NCBI GenBank assembly: GCA_047635255.1
Contig: JBLIIR010000001.1
Location: 1 to 43,638 of the forward strand
Origin: Porticoccus sp.
GTDB lineage: Bacteria > Pseudomonadota > Gammaproteobacteria > Pseudomonadales > Porticoccaceae
Reading direction: 5' to 3'
DNA length: 43,638 bases
Shown here: positions 28,770 through 40,476 of the stretch, piece by piece
Layout: each line of letters opens with the position of its first letter
Numbering within the stretch: the stretch's first letter is position 1
Notes under the pieces: generated by a model
Told to the model about the DNA's origin: nothing
The model's database searches: none
What the model saw: the letters and a program-made list of their open reading frames with translations, nothing else
Made by a program: the position numbers and the translations under genes

Positions 28770-30803
28770 CTAATGGAGATCTTTCCAGTATTCGCGATTT
28801 AAAAGCCAAACCCAGATGAATAGAAATGCAAGAAAAAGTAACGCATAGACGCCAATTCTCTTACGGTCTTCAGCCATAGGTTCACCAACGTAGGTTAAAA
28901 AATTAACCAGATCAAACATCGCCTCATCAAAATCTTCAGGGGAAAGACTGCCTTCTTCGGAAAGAACATAGCGACCGCACGGGTCGTCTAAGATTTCAGC
29001 TCTAGTTAAAGGGTCCCGCTTAATGCCCCCGTTTGCTGCAAAAACTGGTCCAGGGGTGCACTCTTGCAAACCCTGAAGATCTAACAAAACATGGGGCATA
29101 CCGACGTCTTTAAATACTTTATTGTTTACGCCAAGAGGGCGGCTTTGGTCTGAATAAAAATTTCTAAGGTATGTGTAGATCCACTCGGGAGAGCGCGCCC
29201 TAGCAACTAAAGTTAAGTCTGGCGGTGTGGCGCCAAACCATGCTTTTGCTTTATCTGCAGGCATTGAAATATTCATTAAAGCACCAAACTTTTGGTCTGC
29301 GTATATAAGACTTTCTTTCGCTATAGAAGGAGGTATTTGTAAATCTCTAGCCACTCTTTCCCAACGGGAATATTTTGCAGAATGACAACCCATGCAATAA
29401 TTAACAAACAGCTTAGCCCCGTTTTGCAAAGAAGCTTTGTCGCTCAGGTCAGCATTAAACTCATCGCAGTTCATAGACCCGCAGTCAAAATTAGATTCCG
29501 AACCTACTGCTTTAAGTGGCGCCCATATCAAGAAGAACACAACAAACAAAGCCAGTAAGGATTTCCAGGGGCCCATGCCACCATTCATTGTAATGCGGGC
29601 TGGCTCTGGCTTAGTTTTTTCTATACGAGTCCAAAGCGGCATAGCAAGGAAAAACAAAAAGTACAATGCGGTGCACAATTGAGCCAAAAAGGTTCGCTCT
29701 GGTGTTGGGGCCTTCACTCCAAGAACACCAAGAATAACAAAAGAGGCAGCAAAGACCAGTATGGCTCCACGACTAAAACTACCCTTATACCTCATAGATC
29801 TTACCGGGCTACGATCCAGCCAGGGCAATACAAACATAATGGCAATGGCGGCGGCCATAACTAAAAATCCAGCAAACTTATCTGGGACCGCTCTAAGCAT
29901 TGAGTAAAACGGCGTAAAGTACCACACAGGGGCTATATGCTCAGGAGTCTTAAGGGGATTAGCAATTTCAAAGTTAGCGTACTCCAAAAAATACCCACCC
30001 ATTTCTGGCATAAAAAACAGAATAAAACAAAAAACGAACAAGAATACAGTGATTGGGACAAGATCATGCACTGTATAATAAGGATGAAAAGGGATTCCAT
30101 CTAATGGGATACCATTTTCATCCTTATTTTTCTTAATATCGACACCATCTGGGTTGTTCGAACCCACCTCATGCAATGCCAGAATATGCAAGACAACCAA
30201 AGCCAGTAATATAATAGGTAATGCCACAACATGAAGTGACATGAATCTATTTAGCGTTATACCTGAAATCAGGTAATCCCCTCTCACCCACTGCACAATG
30301 TCCTCGCCAACTATAGGTATTGCACCAAACAATGAGATAATTACCTGCGCTCCCCAGAAAGACATTTGCCCCCAAGGAAGAACGTAGCCCATAAAGGCTT
30401 CAGCCATTAGGGCGACGTAAATAGTCATACCAAAAATCCAAACTAGTTCACGCGGTGGTTTATATGAGCCGTAAATTAATCCACGAAACATATGAAGGTA
30501 GATGACTACAAAAAAAGCTGACGCACCAGTGGAGTGAATATACCTGAGAATCCAACCAAAATCGACGTCACGCATAATATATTCGACTGAAGCAAAGGCT
30601 CTCTCGGATGAACCCTCAAAGCTCATCAGCAACCAAATACCTGATATCAGTTGTATAACTAGTACAACTAACGATAGCACACCAAAATAATACCAAAAAT
30701 TAAAATTCTTAGGGGCATAATACTTAGCCATATGCGTATTCCAAGCACGCATAATTGGTAAACGCGCATCTATCCAGTCACGCAATGATACTAACGCTCT
30801 CAT
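28770..30803 (-). CDS. petBC: Fused cytochrome b / cytochrome c1 of the bc1 complex (PetB-PetC, FbcH-like)
   Basis: Cytochrome b part: RYIHSTGAS, YLHMFRG, LPWGQMSFWG, SLHV...LH, PVWY. Then a signal-peptide-like linker, then c1: CMGCH, PPDLTL, VGMPHVL, C-terminal TM ending REYWKDLH. One 677-aa frame. Confidence 0.97.
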   Translation of the reverse strand: MRALVSLRDWIDARLPIMRAWNTHMAKYYAPKNFNFWYYFGVLSLVVLVIQLISGIWLLMSFEGSSERAFASVEYIMRDVDFGWILRYIHSTGASAFFVVIYLHMFRGLIYGSYKPPRELVWIFGMTIYVALMAEAFMGYVLPWGQMSFWGAQVIISLFGAIPIVGEDIVQWVRGDYLISGITLNRFMSLHVVALPIILLALVVLHILALHEVGSNNPDGVDIKKNKDENGIPLDGIPFHPYYTVHDLVPITVFLFVFCFILFFMPEMGGYFLEYANFEIANPLKTPEHIAPVWYFTPFYSMLRAVPDKFAGFLVMAAAIAIMFVLPWLDRSPVRSMRYKGSFSRGAILVFAASFVILGVLGVKAPTPERTFLAQLCTALYFLFFLAMPLWTRIEKTKPEPARITMNGGMGPWKSLLALFVVFFLIWAPLKAVGSESNFDCGSMNCDEFNADLSDKASLQNGAKLFVNYCMGCHSAKYSRWERVARDLQIPPSIAKESLIYADQKFGALMNISMPADKAKAWFGATPPDLTLVARARSPEWIYTYLRNFYSDQSRPLGVNNKVFKDVGMPHVLLDLQGLQECTPGPVFAANGGIKRDPLTRAEILDDPCGRYVLSEEGSLSPEDFDEAMFDLVNFLTYVGEPMAEDRKRIGVYALLFLAFLFIWVWLLNREYWKDLH

Positions 30804-31405
30804 TAGCTAGCCTCCTGATCTACACCAATGACTACCACATTATCGGTTTCATAAGAATGTGGAGGGACATCTAAATTAGTGGGCGCAGGAACACCTGCAA
30901 ATACTCGCCCAGCAAGATCAAATTTTGAGCCATGACATGGGCAGAAAAATCCTCCATACCAGCCATCTCCGCCTAGATCTTGAGCGCCAACATCTGGACG
31001 AAACATGGGTGCGCAACCTAGATGGGTGCACAGCCCCACAACAATCAGGTACTCTTCCTTGCCTTCAATGGAGCGATGCACCCCATTGACATAGCTTGGT
31101 TGTTTTGAGTTAAGCGACAAAGGGTCCCTAAAGATATCGTCATGGCCACTCAAGGCAGCAATTGTCTCAGGCGTGCGACGAACAACATAGACTGGCTTTC
31201 CTCGCCACTCGAATGTAACCATCTGTCCTGGTTCTATTTTTGAAATATTTACTTTAACTGGCGCACCCGCAGCTTTTGCTTTAGCGCTTGGACTCCATGA
31301 GCCAACAAAAGGAACGGCGGCGGCGGCGGCACCTGCAGCGCCTACAACACAAGTAGCATTTGTCAGGAACCGGCGGCGCCCGTGATTAATACCGTCATCA
31401 GTCAT
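30803..31405 (-). CDS. petA: Ubiquinol-cytochrome c reductase Rieske iron-sulfur subunit
   Basis: Tat motif RRRFL, CTHLGC and CPCHGS boxes, PAPTNL; TAATG overlap with petBC. Confidence 0.98.
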   Translation of the reverse strand: MTDDGINHGRRRFLTNATCVVGAAGAAAAAVPFVGSWSPSAKAKAAGAPVKVNISKIEPGQMVTFEWRGKPVYVVRRTPETIAALSGHDDIFRDPLSLNSKQPSYVNGVHRSIEGKEEYLIVVGLCTHLGCAPMFRPDVGAQDLGGDGWYGGFFCPCHGSKFDLAGRVFAGVPAPTNLDVPPHSYETDNVVVIGVDQEAS

Positions 31406-31460
31406 GACGCTCTCCTAGCAACTAAGATTGGCAATATTTTATATGTCAAAACGGGTGAGA

Positions 31461-31489
31461 ATAGTACTGAAAAATAAGGATTTTTACAA
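31461..31489 (-). promoter_or_regulatory. Putative sigma70 promoter of petA
   Basis: TTGTAA (31489-31484), 17-nt spacer, TACTAT (31466-31461). Confidence 0.55.
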
Positions 31490-31584
31490 GGAAATAGCAA
31501 AGAACAATTCATTTTTTATACAGGGAGAGGGAAAGCTCAATAATTTCTAATAACGCTGCATCTTTACAGCGAACTCATGAAGCC

Positions 31585-31629
31585 CTACTCATTAAAAAGC
31601 TCGCAATTTGCGAGCTTTTTAATGAGTAG
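31585..31629. terminator. Long palindromic intrinsic terminator after rpsI
   Basis: CTACTCATTAAAAAGCTCGCAA-t-TTGCGAGCTTTTTAATGAGTAG: 22-bp perfect arms, GC core flanked by A5/T5 tracts. Confidence 0.9.
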
Positions 31630-31639
31630 AAAGTCTGTA

Positions 31640-32032
31640 TTAACGCTTAGAAAATTGTGGTCGTTTACGTGCTTTATGCAATCCAACCTTTTTACGTTCA
31701 ACTTCACGAGCATCACGTGTCAGGAAGCCTGCCTTACGAAGCTGACTACGTAAACCCTCATCATATTGCAATAATGCACGAGCAATTCCATGACGAATAG
31801 CACCAGCTTGACCAAAACTACCTCCGCCAGCTACAGTTATATTCAAGTCAAACGTCTTGATGCAATCAACTAGCTCTAAAGGCTGACGAACAATCATTCT
31901 AGCGACTTCCCTACCAAAATACTGGTCTAAGGTCCGATTGTTCACCGTGATGCTACCACCGCCGCTTGCTAGAAATACTCTAGCAGATGACGTTTTTCGA
32001 CGGCCTGTGCCGTAATATTGAGAATCTACCAT
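31640..32032 (-). CDS. rpsI: 30S ribosomal protein S9
   Basis: [36 protein letters not shown]. Confidence 0.99.
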   Translation of the reverse strand: MVDSQYYGTGRRKTSSARVFLASGGGSITVNNRTLDQYFGREVARMIVRQPLELVDCIKTFDLNITVAGGGSFGQAGAIRHGIARALLQYDEGLRSQLRKAGFLTRDAREVERKKVGLHKARKRPQFSKR

Positions 32033-32045
32033 AACTAAATTTCCG

Positions 32046-32474
32046 TTAAATATTTAAATCTTGGGGCTGTTGAGCGCTGTGCGGGTGCGCCTGACCAGCA
32101 TATACTTTCAATTTTTTGAACATAGCTCGCCCTAATGGACCTTTTGGCAGCATACCTTTAACTGCGCTTTGGATGGTTCGCTCAGGCGCCTTTTCAATCA
32201 ATTTCTCGAAACTTATTGACTTCAAACCACCAGGATAACCGGTATGACTATGATAAATTTTATCTTTTGCTTTATTGCCAGTGACCTGAACTTTTTCTGC
32301 ATTAATGACAACTATATAATCCCCAGTATCAACATGAGGAGTATATTCTGGCTTATGCTTTCCACGTAGTCGTGAGGCAATCACTGTCGCCATTCGACCT
32401 AGGGTCTTGTCTGCTGCATCAACAATGTACCAGTCATGCTGTACTGTCTCGGCTTTCGCGCTGTATGTTTTCAT
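32046..32474 (-). CDS. rplM: 50S ribosomal protein L13
   Basis: [45 protein letters not shown]. Confidence 0.99.
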   Translation of the reverse strand: MKTYSAKAETVQHDWYIVDAADKTLGRMATVIASRLRGKHKPEYTPHVDTGDYIVVINAEKVQVTGNKAKDKIYHSHTGYPGGLKSISFEKLIEKAPERTIQSAVKGMLPKGPLGRAMFKKLKVYAGQAHPHSAQQPQDLNI

Positions 32475-32517
32475 CTAACTCTGCCTAACTAAAATTGGGT
32501 GTGGCTATCACAAAGGA

Positions 32518-32552
32518 GGGCGCATTTTACAGAGCAGTCATGGTCATTTCAA
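32518..32552 (-). promoter_or_regulatory. sigma70 promoter of rplM-rpsI with GC-rich (stringent-type) discriminator
   Basis: TTGAAA (32552-32547), 17-nt spacer, TAAAAT (32529-32524), then GCGCCC. Confidence 0.8.
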
Positions 32553-32639
32553 GGAGATTCTGCATCTAATAAACAATAATTACTTCTCTTAGGTTATTCA
32601 GACTAAAAAGCTAGCAATTTTATCGACGCTAAATATAGG

Positions 32640-33758
32640 TCAAGGCTGGTGAGGTCTGGCCAGGTACTCATAAGATTGCATTTCCAAGAGACGACTTCTA
32701 GTTCGTTGAAATTCAAAATTAAGAGCGCCATCTTCATATAACAACATCAAACTTACTTCGGCTGAAACAACAAGTTTTACGCTGTGATCATAAAATTCAT
32801 CAACCAAATTAATAAAGCGCCTTGCTTGATCTTCATTTTTTTTGCCCATAACGGGGACACTGGAAACCAAAACAGCATGGAACTCTCGGGACAGCTCAAT
32901 ATAGTCGTTTTGGCTGCGGGGAGCACTGCAAATAACATTAAAGTCAAACCAAACTACTTCTTTGCCCAAACGGCGGCATTGGATTTGACGATTTTCAACT
33001 TCCAGTTTTACATCTACTACAGCTTCGTTGAATAATGGACAAAATACCTCAAAAGCCTCTGTTAAAACTCTATCAGCAGCGGAGTCTAATGGAAAATGAT
33101 AAAGCTCTGCCTGTTCTAAGCTACGCAAGCGATAATCTATCCCACCGTCAACATTAATGATATTCGTATGCTGCTTTAATAGCTCAATAGCAGGAAGAAA
33201 AAGTTGTCGTTGCAACCCATTCGAATAAAGTTCATCTGGCTCAATATTAGACGTAGCTACCAAAGTTACCTGTCTAGCAAACAGCTGCTCAAATAGTTTC
33301 CCTAAAAGCATCGCATCTGCAATGTCAGATACAAAAAACTCGTCAAAACATATCACGCGAGCTTCATCAGCAATATTGTCAGCAACTATATTTAGTGGAT
33401 TTTTTTTTCCCTTGAGTGACTTGAGATCCACATGAATCCTCCGCATAAAGCGATGAAAATGAATCCTCATTTTCATTTCAAAAGGAAGGCTATCAAAAAA
33501 ACTATCCATCAGATAGGTCTTGCCTCGCCCCACCCCTCCCCAAAAATACAGACCCTGAACTGGGGCTGGATCACAAGGAAATACAAGCTGCTTGCGCAAC
33601 TTTGCAAATAATCCTTTTTTAGAGCGCATAAGCTCATCTTCTATCAGTCGCCTATAAAGCAACTGCAGTAAATCTACTGCAATCTCCTGAGATGGATCAT
33701 AATTAAATCCATCTTGCTGAAGGTCTGATAAATATCGCTGTTTCGGTGAAGGTAATAT
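32640..33758 (-). CDS. zapE: Cell division ATPase ZapE (AFG1 family)
   Basis: GLYFWGGVGRGKT, HFHRFM, CFDEF, TSN..PDELY.NGLQR, ARRFINLVDEFYD, FQRTRSRLLEMQS. ORF-track start is TTG 33662, but homologous-looking sequence extends to ATA 33758 / ATT 33761. Confidence 0.95.
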   Translation of the reverse strand: MLPSPKQRYLSDLQQDGFNYDPSQEIAVDLLQLLYRRLIEDELMRSKKGLFAKLRKQLVFPCDPAPVQGLYFWGGVGRGKTYLMDSFFDSLPFEMKMRIHFHRFMRRIHVDLKSLKGKKNPLNIVADNIADEARVICFDEFFVSDIADAMLLGKLFEQLFARQVTLVATSNIEPDELYSNGLQRQLFLPAIELLKQHTNIINVDGGIDYRLRSLEQAELYHFPLDSAADRVLTEAFEVFCPLFNEAVVDVKLEVENRQIQCRRLGKEVVWFDFNVICSAPRSQNDYIELSREFHAVLVSSVPVMGKKNEDQARRFINLVDEFYDHSVKLVVSAEVSLMLLYEDGALNFEFQRTRSRLLEMQSYEYLARPHQP

Positions 33759-34008
33759 AATGTGCGTATACTCGTGTATGGATTAACTACAAATAATTTC
33801 TATTGCGCGTAAACTCTAACGAGGCTTAGCAAAATAGGCGACGAGAACTCATATATTGATAAAGAAAAACTTACCTATAATATGTTTAGCATAAAAAACC
33901 ATTGAAAAAATATTGCCCATAACTCCCTACATCTTTGTAGACTATAACTGTTTAAGGATAAGATGTGACAATAGCACTAAATTCAATAAACTTTACGGAG
34001 ATCATATC

Positions 34009-34530
34009 TTGCTGACTTCGACCTTACTTGTAAATTTATTACTCTTATGCGCAGGAGTTACCGCTGGATTTTTTTTAGCAAAAGCTCTTCGTCCTGTCCA
34101 AAAAGAAAACAAAAATCAAAAAGAACTTGCAATTCAACTGGCAGAAACTCAAGACGATCTCAGTAACTATCAGCAAGAGGTAGCTGCACATTTTCGCAAA
34201 ACATCTGAGGTTGTATCAGACCTATCAAAAAGCCACAAAAGTGTACTTGAAAGCTTTGCTAGCGCAGCTCTTCATTTAACTACTGCTGATATCAGTCGTC
34301 AAATTATAAATTCTACATTTGGCGCGGACAAAACTATGAGCCTAGCCTCAGAAGATAATTTACAACCGCCAAAAGATTACGCCCCAAAGGCTCCAGGGGG
34401 TATTTTAAGCGAAGAGTATGGTCTAAAAGAAGATAGGTCCTTGACAAATGCTCAGCATATATCATCAAATAGTGAGACAGACTGCACTTTAGAAGAAGGC
34501 AATGATGACCCAACTTTAAATATCAGCTGA
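34009..34530 (+). CDS. zapG: YhcB/ZapG (DUF1043) inner-membrane protein
   Basis: N-terminal TM, coiled coil, YQQEVAAHFRKTS, PPKDYAP; divergent from zapE. Start moved to TTG 34009, preceded by GGAG. Confidence 0.85.
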   Translation: MLTSTLLVNLLLLCAGVTAGFFLAKALRPVQKENKNQKELAIQLAETQDDLSNYQQEVAAHFRKTSEVVSDLSKSHKSVLESFASAALHLTTADISRQIINSTFGADKTMSLASEDNLQPPKDYAPKAPGGILSEEYGLKEDRSLTNAQHISSNSETDCTLEEGNDDPTLNIS

Positions 34531-34617
34531 CTAATTTCGATCATATCTACATGCAGAATAACTCAAAAAATTAGTCTTGTGGCGCCAAGATTACTATCAG
34601 AAAGAAAGGAACTCTCG

Positions 34618-35748
34618 GTGAAAAAAATTTATCACCTACTTAACTATTTTTTCTGGCCAATCATCGCTGGGCTTCTTCTTGCTATTCTTATTCTTACATT
34701 TTTCCCTCAATGGATTGATGACCAACAGCAACCTACATCTACGCTTGCGCCCAGGCAAACTGAGCCCGACTCGTATGGCGTAGCGGTGAAAAAAGCTTCT
34801 CCGTCTGTAGTGAACATTTATACGCAGAAAAAACTACCCCCTGATAGCCATTTATCTGCTGATCCGCTTTTTCAGCGATTTTACAATGGGAGCAATTCAC
34901 CAAAGCAACAAAGAATGAAATCCTCATTAGGTTCAGGTGTCCTTATGACCACTGATGGTTATGTTTTAACAAACCATCATGTTGTGGATGGTGCAGATCA
35001 GATCGTTCTTCAACTGCAAGATGGGAGAGAAGCAACTGTTACAGTGATAGGAAAAGATCCAGAAATTGATCTTGCGGTACTAAAAATCAACCTAGACAAT
35101 CTTACGCCAATCAAGATAGCTGATACCGATAACGTACAAGTCGGGGATATAGTGCTTGCCATTGGCAATCCTTTTGGCGTGGGTCAATCCGTATCTCAGG
35201 GAATTATCAGCGCAACTCACAGAAAAGGACTGGGCTTAAATATCTTTGAAAACTTCATCCAAACAGATGCTGCGATCAACCCAGGTAACTCAGGTGGCGC
35301 TTTGATTGACACGAAGGGTCATCTTATCGGCATTACCTCTGCGATACTAGATCGTACCGGATATGCAACGGGTATCAGTTTTGCTATACCTGCCAACACC
35401 GCCCTTGAAATACTAGAAGATATTATCAAGCACGGAAGAGTCATCAGGGGGTGGCTAGGGGTAGAAGCCAACCAGCTAAGACCGGAGGCAGCAAAGCAGC
35501 TTGCTCTTGAGCCGCCATCAGGTTTAGTTATTACAGGCGTCTACCAAAATAGTCCGGCATTTCTTTCTGGGTTGTTGCCTGGCGATATAATTGTCCGTAT
35601 AAATGGGATCTTGGCAACTGACAATGACAGAAGCATGAATATAATTGCCAACTTGTCCCCAGGAGACTTGGTAGAACTTGATGTACTGAGAGACGGAAAG
35701 AGAAAAATTATAAATGCAGTAGCGGGCACTAGACCAAAAGCTAACTAG
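34618..35748 (+). CDS. degS: HtrA-family serine protease with single PDZ domain (DegS/AlgW)
   Basis: N-terminal TM; triad TNHHV, IDLAVL, GNSGG; QTDAAIN; one PDZ (RGWLGV). Likely GTG start 34618 after AAGGA. Confidence 0.88.
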   Translation: MKKIYHLLNYFFWPIIAGLLLAILILTFFPQWIDDQQQPTSTLAPRQTEPDSYGVAVKKASPSVVNIYTQKKLPPDSHLSADPLFQRFYNGSNSPKQQRMKSSLGSGVLMTTDGYVLTNHHVVDGADQIVLQLQDGREATVTVIGKDPEIDLAVLKINLDNLTPIKIADTDNVQVGDIVLAIGNPFGVGQSVSQGIISATHRKGLGLNIFENFIQTDAAINPGNSGGALIDTKGHLIGITSAILDRTGYATGISFAIPANTALEILEDIIKHGRVIRGWLGVEANQLRPEAAKQLALEPPSGLVITGVYQNSPAFLSGLLPGDIIVRINGILATDNDRSMNIIANLSPGDLVELDVLRDGKRKIINAVAGTRPKAN

Positions 35749-35784
35749 CTGTCTGTTGCCCTTTAAGTGATCATTTATCGATTT

Positions 35785-36852
35785 TTATTCGTTGAATAGT
35801 GTCCTGATTACGCTTAAAAGATATTCATTTTGCTCAGGCAAGCCAATTGAAATTCTGAGGTACTGCTTCAATCTAGGCTGATCAAAGTGGCGAACTAGCA
35901 CTCCTTCGTCTCTGAGGCGTTTCAGCAACTCAACAGCGTTTTTTTTATTGTGGGTGACAAGTAAGAAATTAGCTGTAGATGGCAAAATCAAAAATCCTAA
36001 GTCAGCCAAAGCTACCGTCAAGATTTCTCTGGATTCAATAACTTTCTGGCAAGTTTTTTCAAAATACGTCTTATCATGAAATGCAGCCACACCGCCGACA
36101 ATCGCTAAACGATCCACAGGGTAAGAATTAAAACTATTTTTTATTCGATTCAAAGCAGTTATTAAAGATGGGCTTCCTACCGCAAACCCCACCCTCAATC
36201 CTGCCAAGGAACGTGACTTAGATAAAGACTGCGTGACTAGCAAATTCGGATACACATCAACCAAAGTGGTAGCACTTTCTCCACCAAAATCTATATAAGC
36301 CTCATCTACGACTACAACTGAATTTTTATTATCCTTCAGTAAAGTCTCGATAGCTGATAACGATAATAATCGACCTGTAGGTGCGTTAGGGTTAGGAAAA
36401 ATTATACCCCCATTAGGCTTCTGGTAGTCGCTGATACTGATAGATAGATCTTTCGTTAATGGAACTAATTCGTAAGGCACTTGATATAAACCACAATAAA
36501 CCTGATAAAAGCTATAAGTAACATCAGGAAACAAAATTGGAGTCTGCTGCTTAAAGAATGCATGAAAAATATGCGCCAAAACTTCATCTGAACCATTACC
36601 CACAAATACCTGTTCAGTCACAACGTTGAGCGTATCGGCAATCGCTTTCTTTAAAATTTCTGCATTGGGGTCAGGATACAAGCGAAGCTGGCCATCTAGT
36701 TCAGAAATAATAGCATCTCGCACTTTTGGTGATGGAGGGTAAGGATTTTCATTCGTGTTCAACTTAAGTAAATTCAGATTTTTTGGCTGCTCGCCCGGAA
36801 CATAAGGTCTCAGCCTACCTACAATGTCGCTCCAATACTTATTATTTTCCAT
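35785..36852 (-). CDS. hisC: Histidinol-phosphate aminotransferase
   Basis: [48 protein letters not shown]. Start moved to ATG 36852 (MENNKYW). Confidence 0.97.
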   Translation of the reverse strand: MENNKYWSDIVGRLRPYVPGEQPKNLNLLKLNTNENPYPPSPKVRDAIISELDGQLRLYPDPNAEILKKAIADTLNVVTEQVFVGNGSDEVLAHIFHAFFKQQTPILFPDVTYSFYQVYCGLYQVPYELVPLTKDLSISISDYQKPNGGIIFPNPNAPTGRLLSLSAIETLLKDNKNSVVVVDEAYIDFGGESATTLVDVYPNLLVTQSLSKSRSLAGLRVGFAVGSPSLITALNRIKNSFNSYPVDRLAIVGGVAAFHDKTYFEKTCQKVIESREILTVALADLGFLILPSTANFLLVTHNKKNAVELLKRLRDEGVLVRHFDQPRLKQYLRISIGLPEQNEYLLSVIRTLFNE

Positions 36853-36907
36853 CTTGCAATTGTCGCTCTTTATTTTTTTAGCCTTTATAGTAAAAACTCT
36901 AATCTGT

Positions 36908-38221
36908 CTATTTTTTAATACGGTACTCAGCAGACCGGGCATGAGCTGTCAGTGACTCACCCCTTGCTATAACAGAAGCTCTTTTGCCAAGACTTGAAGC
37001 GCTACCTTCATTGCACATGATCACTGAAGAGCGTTTCTGAAAATCGTACACTCCTAAGGGTGAGGAAAATCTTGCAGTAGAGGACGTTGGCAGCACATGA
37101 TTGGGGCCCGCACAATAATCGCCCAAAGCTTCTGATGTAAAACGGCCCATAAAAATAGCCCCTGCATTTCGAATTCTAGGGAGCAATTTTTCTGGATCAG
37201 CAACCGACAACTCCAAATGTTCAGGAGCAATCCGGTTAACCAACATCACAGCCTCATCAAGACTTTCAACCAAAATAAAAGCACCGCGGCTTTCTAAAGA
37301 GGCCTGAATAATTGCAGCACGATCCATAGTAGGTAGCAGTTTTTCTATGCTAACTTTTACGCGCGCCAAAAAATCAGCATCATTGCTAACTAGAATTGCT
37401 TGCGCATTCTCATCATGTTCAGCCTGAGAAAAAAGGTCCATAGCAATCCAATCTGGATCGGTTGTACCGTCACATATCACTAAAATTTCTGATGGGCCAG
37501 CCACCATATCTAGTCCGACCTGCCCAAAAACCATGCGTTTGGCTGTGGCAACATAAATATTCCCCGGTCCAACAATTTTATCAACCCTATGAATTGTTTT
37601 TGTGCCATAAGCCAAAGCACCGATCGCCTGAGCCCCGCCCAAGGTAAAAATTTGGTCAACTCCGGCAATGGCGGCGGCGGCAAGCACCAGCGGGCTCAAC
37701 TCACCCCCTGGGGCAGGAACCGTCATAACGATTTCACTCACACCGGCTACTTTTGCAGGCAATGCATTCATTAAGACCGAAGAGGGATAACTTGCCTTAC
37801 CTCCTGGAACGTAAACTCCCACCCTGCCAAGGGGGGTAATTTGCTGACCCAACAGGGTTCCATCTGCATCATTATAACTCCAGGATTCTAATTTTTGATG
37901 CTGGTGATAATCGAGAATTCGCTTAGAGGCAAATGTTAGCGCCTCCCTTTCAATATCCTTAATGCTATCAAGTGCTTCCCTCATCTCTTCGCGAGAAACA
38001 ACCAGCTCTTCAATATCAGAAATATCCCTACCATCGAATTCCCTGGTATATTTTATGAGAGCATCGTCTCCTCTGCGCCGAATATCTATCAATATATTGC
38101 TAACTAGCTGGTCGATTTTCAGGGTGGAGTCGCTTTCCCACCCCAGCAACTGATCGAGCTGTAAATCAAAATTTTTACTATCTGATGATAATTGCTTTAT
38201 ATGTATCAACTCTGGCAGCAT
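36908..38221 (-). CDS. hisD: Histidinol dehydrogenase
   Basis: [56 protein letters not shown]. Confidence 0.99.
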   Translation of the reverse strand: MLPELIHIKQLSSDSKNFDLQLDQLLGWESDSTLKIDQLVSNILIDIRRRGDDALIKYTREFDGRDISDIEELVVSREEMREALDSIKDIEREALTFASKRILDYHQHQKLESWSYNDADGTLLGQQITPLGRVGVYVPGGKASYPSSVLMNALPAKVAGVSEIVMTVPAPGGELSPLVLAAAAIAGVDQIFTLGGAQAIGALAYGTKTIHRVDKIVGPGNIYVATAKRMVFGQVGLDMVAGPSEILVICDGTTDPDWIAMDLFSQAEHDENAQAILVSNDADFLARVKVSIEKLLPTMDRAAIIQASLESRGAFILVESLDEAVMLVNRIAPEHLELSVADPEKLLPRIRNAGAIFMGRFTSEALGDYCAGPNHVLPTSSTARFSSPLGVYDFQKRSSVIMCNEGSASSLGKRASVIARGESLTAHARSAEYRIKK

Positions 38222-38224
38222 ATT

Positions 38225-38848
38225 TTAACCTATCGCCTGCTCAAGACTGTCTACTATTTTTTGAATACCTAAATATTTCATTTTCATTGCAGCTTTGTTT
38301 ACAACAAGCCTAGAGCTAATATCAAAAATTTTATCCTTGGGCTCCAATCCATTTGCTTTAAGCGTACCTCCAGTATCTACAACATCTACAATCTCATCAG
38401 ACAGCGCCATAATTGGTGCCAATTCCATTGCACCATAGAGCTTTATTATATCTACTTGACGCCCGCGCTCAGCATAAAATTGGCGGGCAACATTGACATA
38501 TTTGGTAGCAACTCTAATACGTCCTTTTTTGGACGAAACACCAATAGCTCCTGCCGTCATTAATCGACATCGTGCAATATTTAAATCTAATGGCTCATAT
38601 AAACCTTCAGATCCATGCTCAAGCAGGATATCTTTTCCTACCACACCGATATCAGCCGCTCCAAACCTGACATAAGTGGGAACATCAGAGCTACGTAATA
38701 TCAATAAACGCACGCCTTTGATATTTGTATCAAATACCAATTTTCGGCTCTTGTTAATTTCCTCAGCGGGTTGAATTCCTGCTTTGGCCAACAAGGGTAA
38801 GGTTTCCTTCAGTATGCGCCCCTTGGTGAGGGCAATTGTTATTTCCAT
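38225..38848 (-). CDS. hisG: ATP phosphoribosyltransferase, short form (HisZ-dependent)
   Basis: [44 protein letters not shown]; 207 aa with no regulatory C-domain. Confidence 0.98.
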   Translation of the reverse strand: MEITIALTKGRILKETLPLLAKAGIQPAEEINKSRKLVFDTNIKGVRLLILRSSDVPTYVRFGAADIGVVGKDILLEHGSEGLYEPLDLNIARCRLMTAGAIGVSSKKGRIRVATKYVNVARQFYAERGRQVDIIKLYGAMELAPIMALSDEIVDVVDTGGTLKANGLEPKDKIFDISSRLVVNKAAMKMKYLGIQKIVDSLEQAIG

Positions 38849-38892
38849 ACCTTCTGATCTCTAATGTAGCTCTATGAATACTTTTAGTAAAT

Positions 38893-40155
<1,263 letters not shown>

Positions 40156-40222
40156 TCAAAATCCTTTCTTGCTCAAGAGAAGCGCTTAGAGGCGACCCGG
40201 TAAAATATAGTGCTTAGCAAAA

Positions 40223-40459
40223 TTACTGTAATTGCCATTCTTCTGGGGTAAATGTTTTCATATTTATGGCATGAATAGACCCGTCAGAAATACAGTCACG
40301 CAGTACCGTATAAACCAACTGCTGTCGTTGAACAGGTCTAAGGCCAGAGAAAATCTGTCCAACTACAACAATATCAAAATGCCTGCCATCGCCTTCAACT
40401 ATTGTTTCGCAATCAGGCAGATCTGAAAGTAATAGAGTTTTTATCTCAGAAGGGCTCAT
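40223..40459 (-). CDS. ibaG: BolA/IbaG family protein
   Basis: GDGRHF, F.GL..VQRQQLVY, IHAI..KTFTPEEW; directly upstream of murA. Confidence 0.93.
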   Translation of the reverse strand: MSPSEIKTLLLSDLPDCETIVEGDGRHFDIVVVGQIFSGLRPVQRQQLVYTVLRDCISDGSIHAINMKTFTPEEWQLQ

Positions 40460-40476
40460 ATATATTGTCCTAGTTC

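Noticed and set aside
29915-29935. PVWY in place of PEWY in cytochrome b
   Set aside because: Known common variant in gamma- and betaproteobacterial cytochrome b.
31315-31331. GCG/CGG trinucleotide run in petA
   Set aside because: Encodes the poly-Ala stretch of the Rieske TM anchor; not evidence of a contingency repeat.
38225-38848. HisG only 207 aa, possibly truncated
   Set aside because: Normal short-form HisG that works with HisZ encoded elsewhere.
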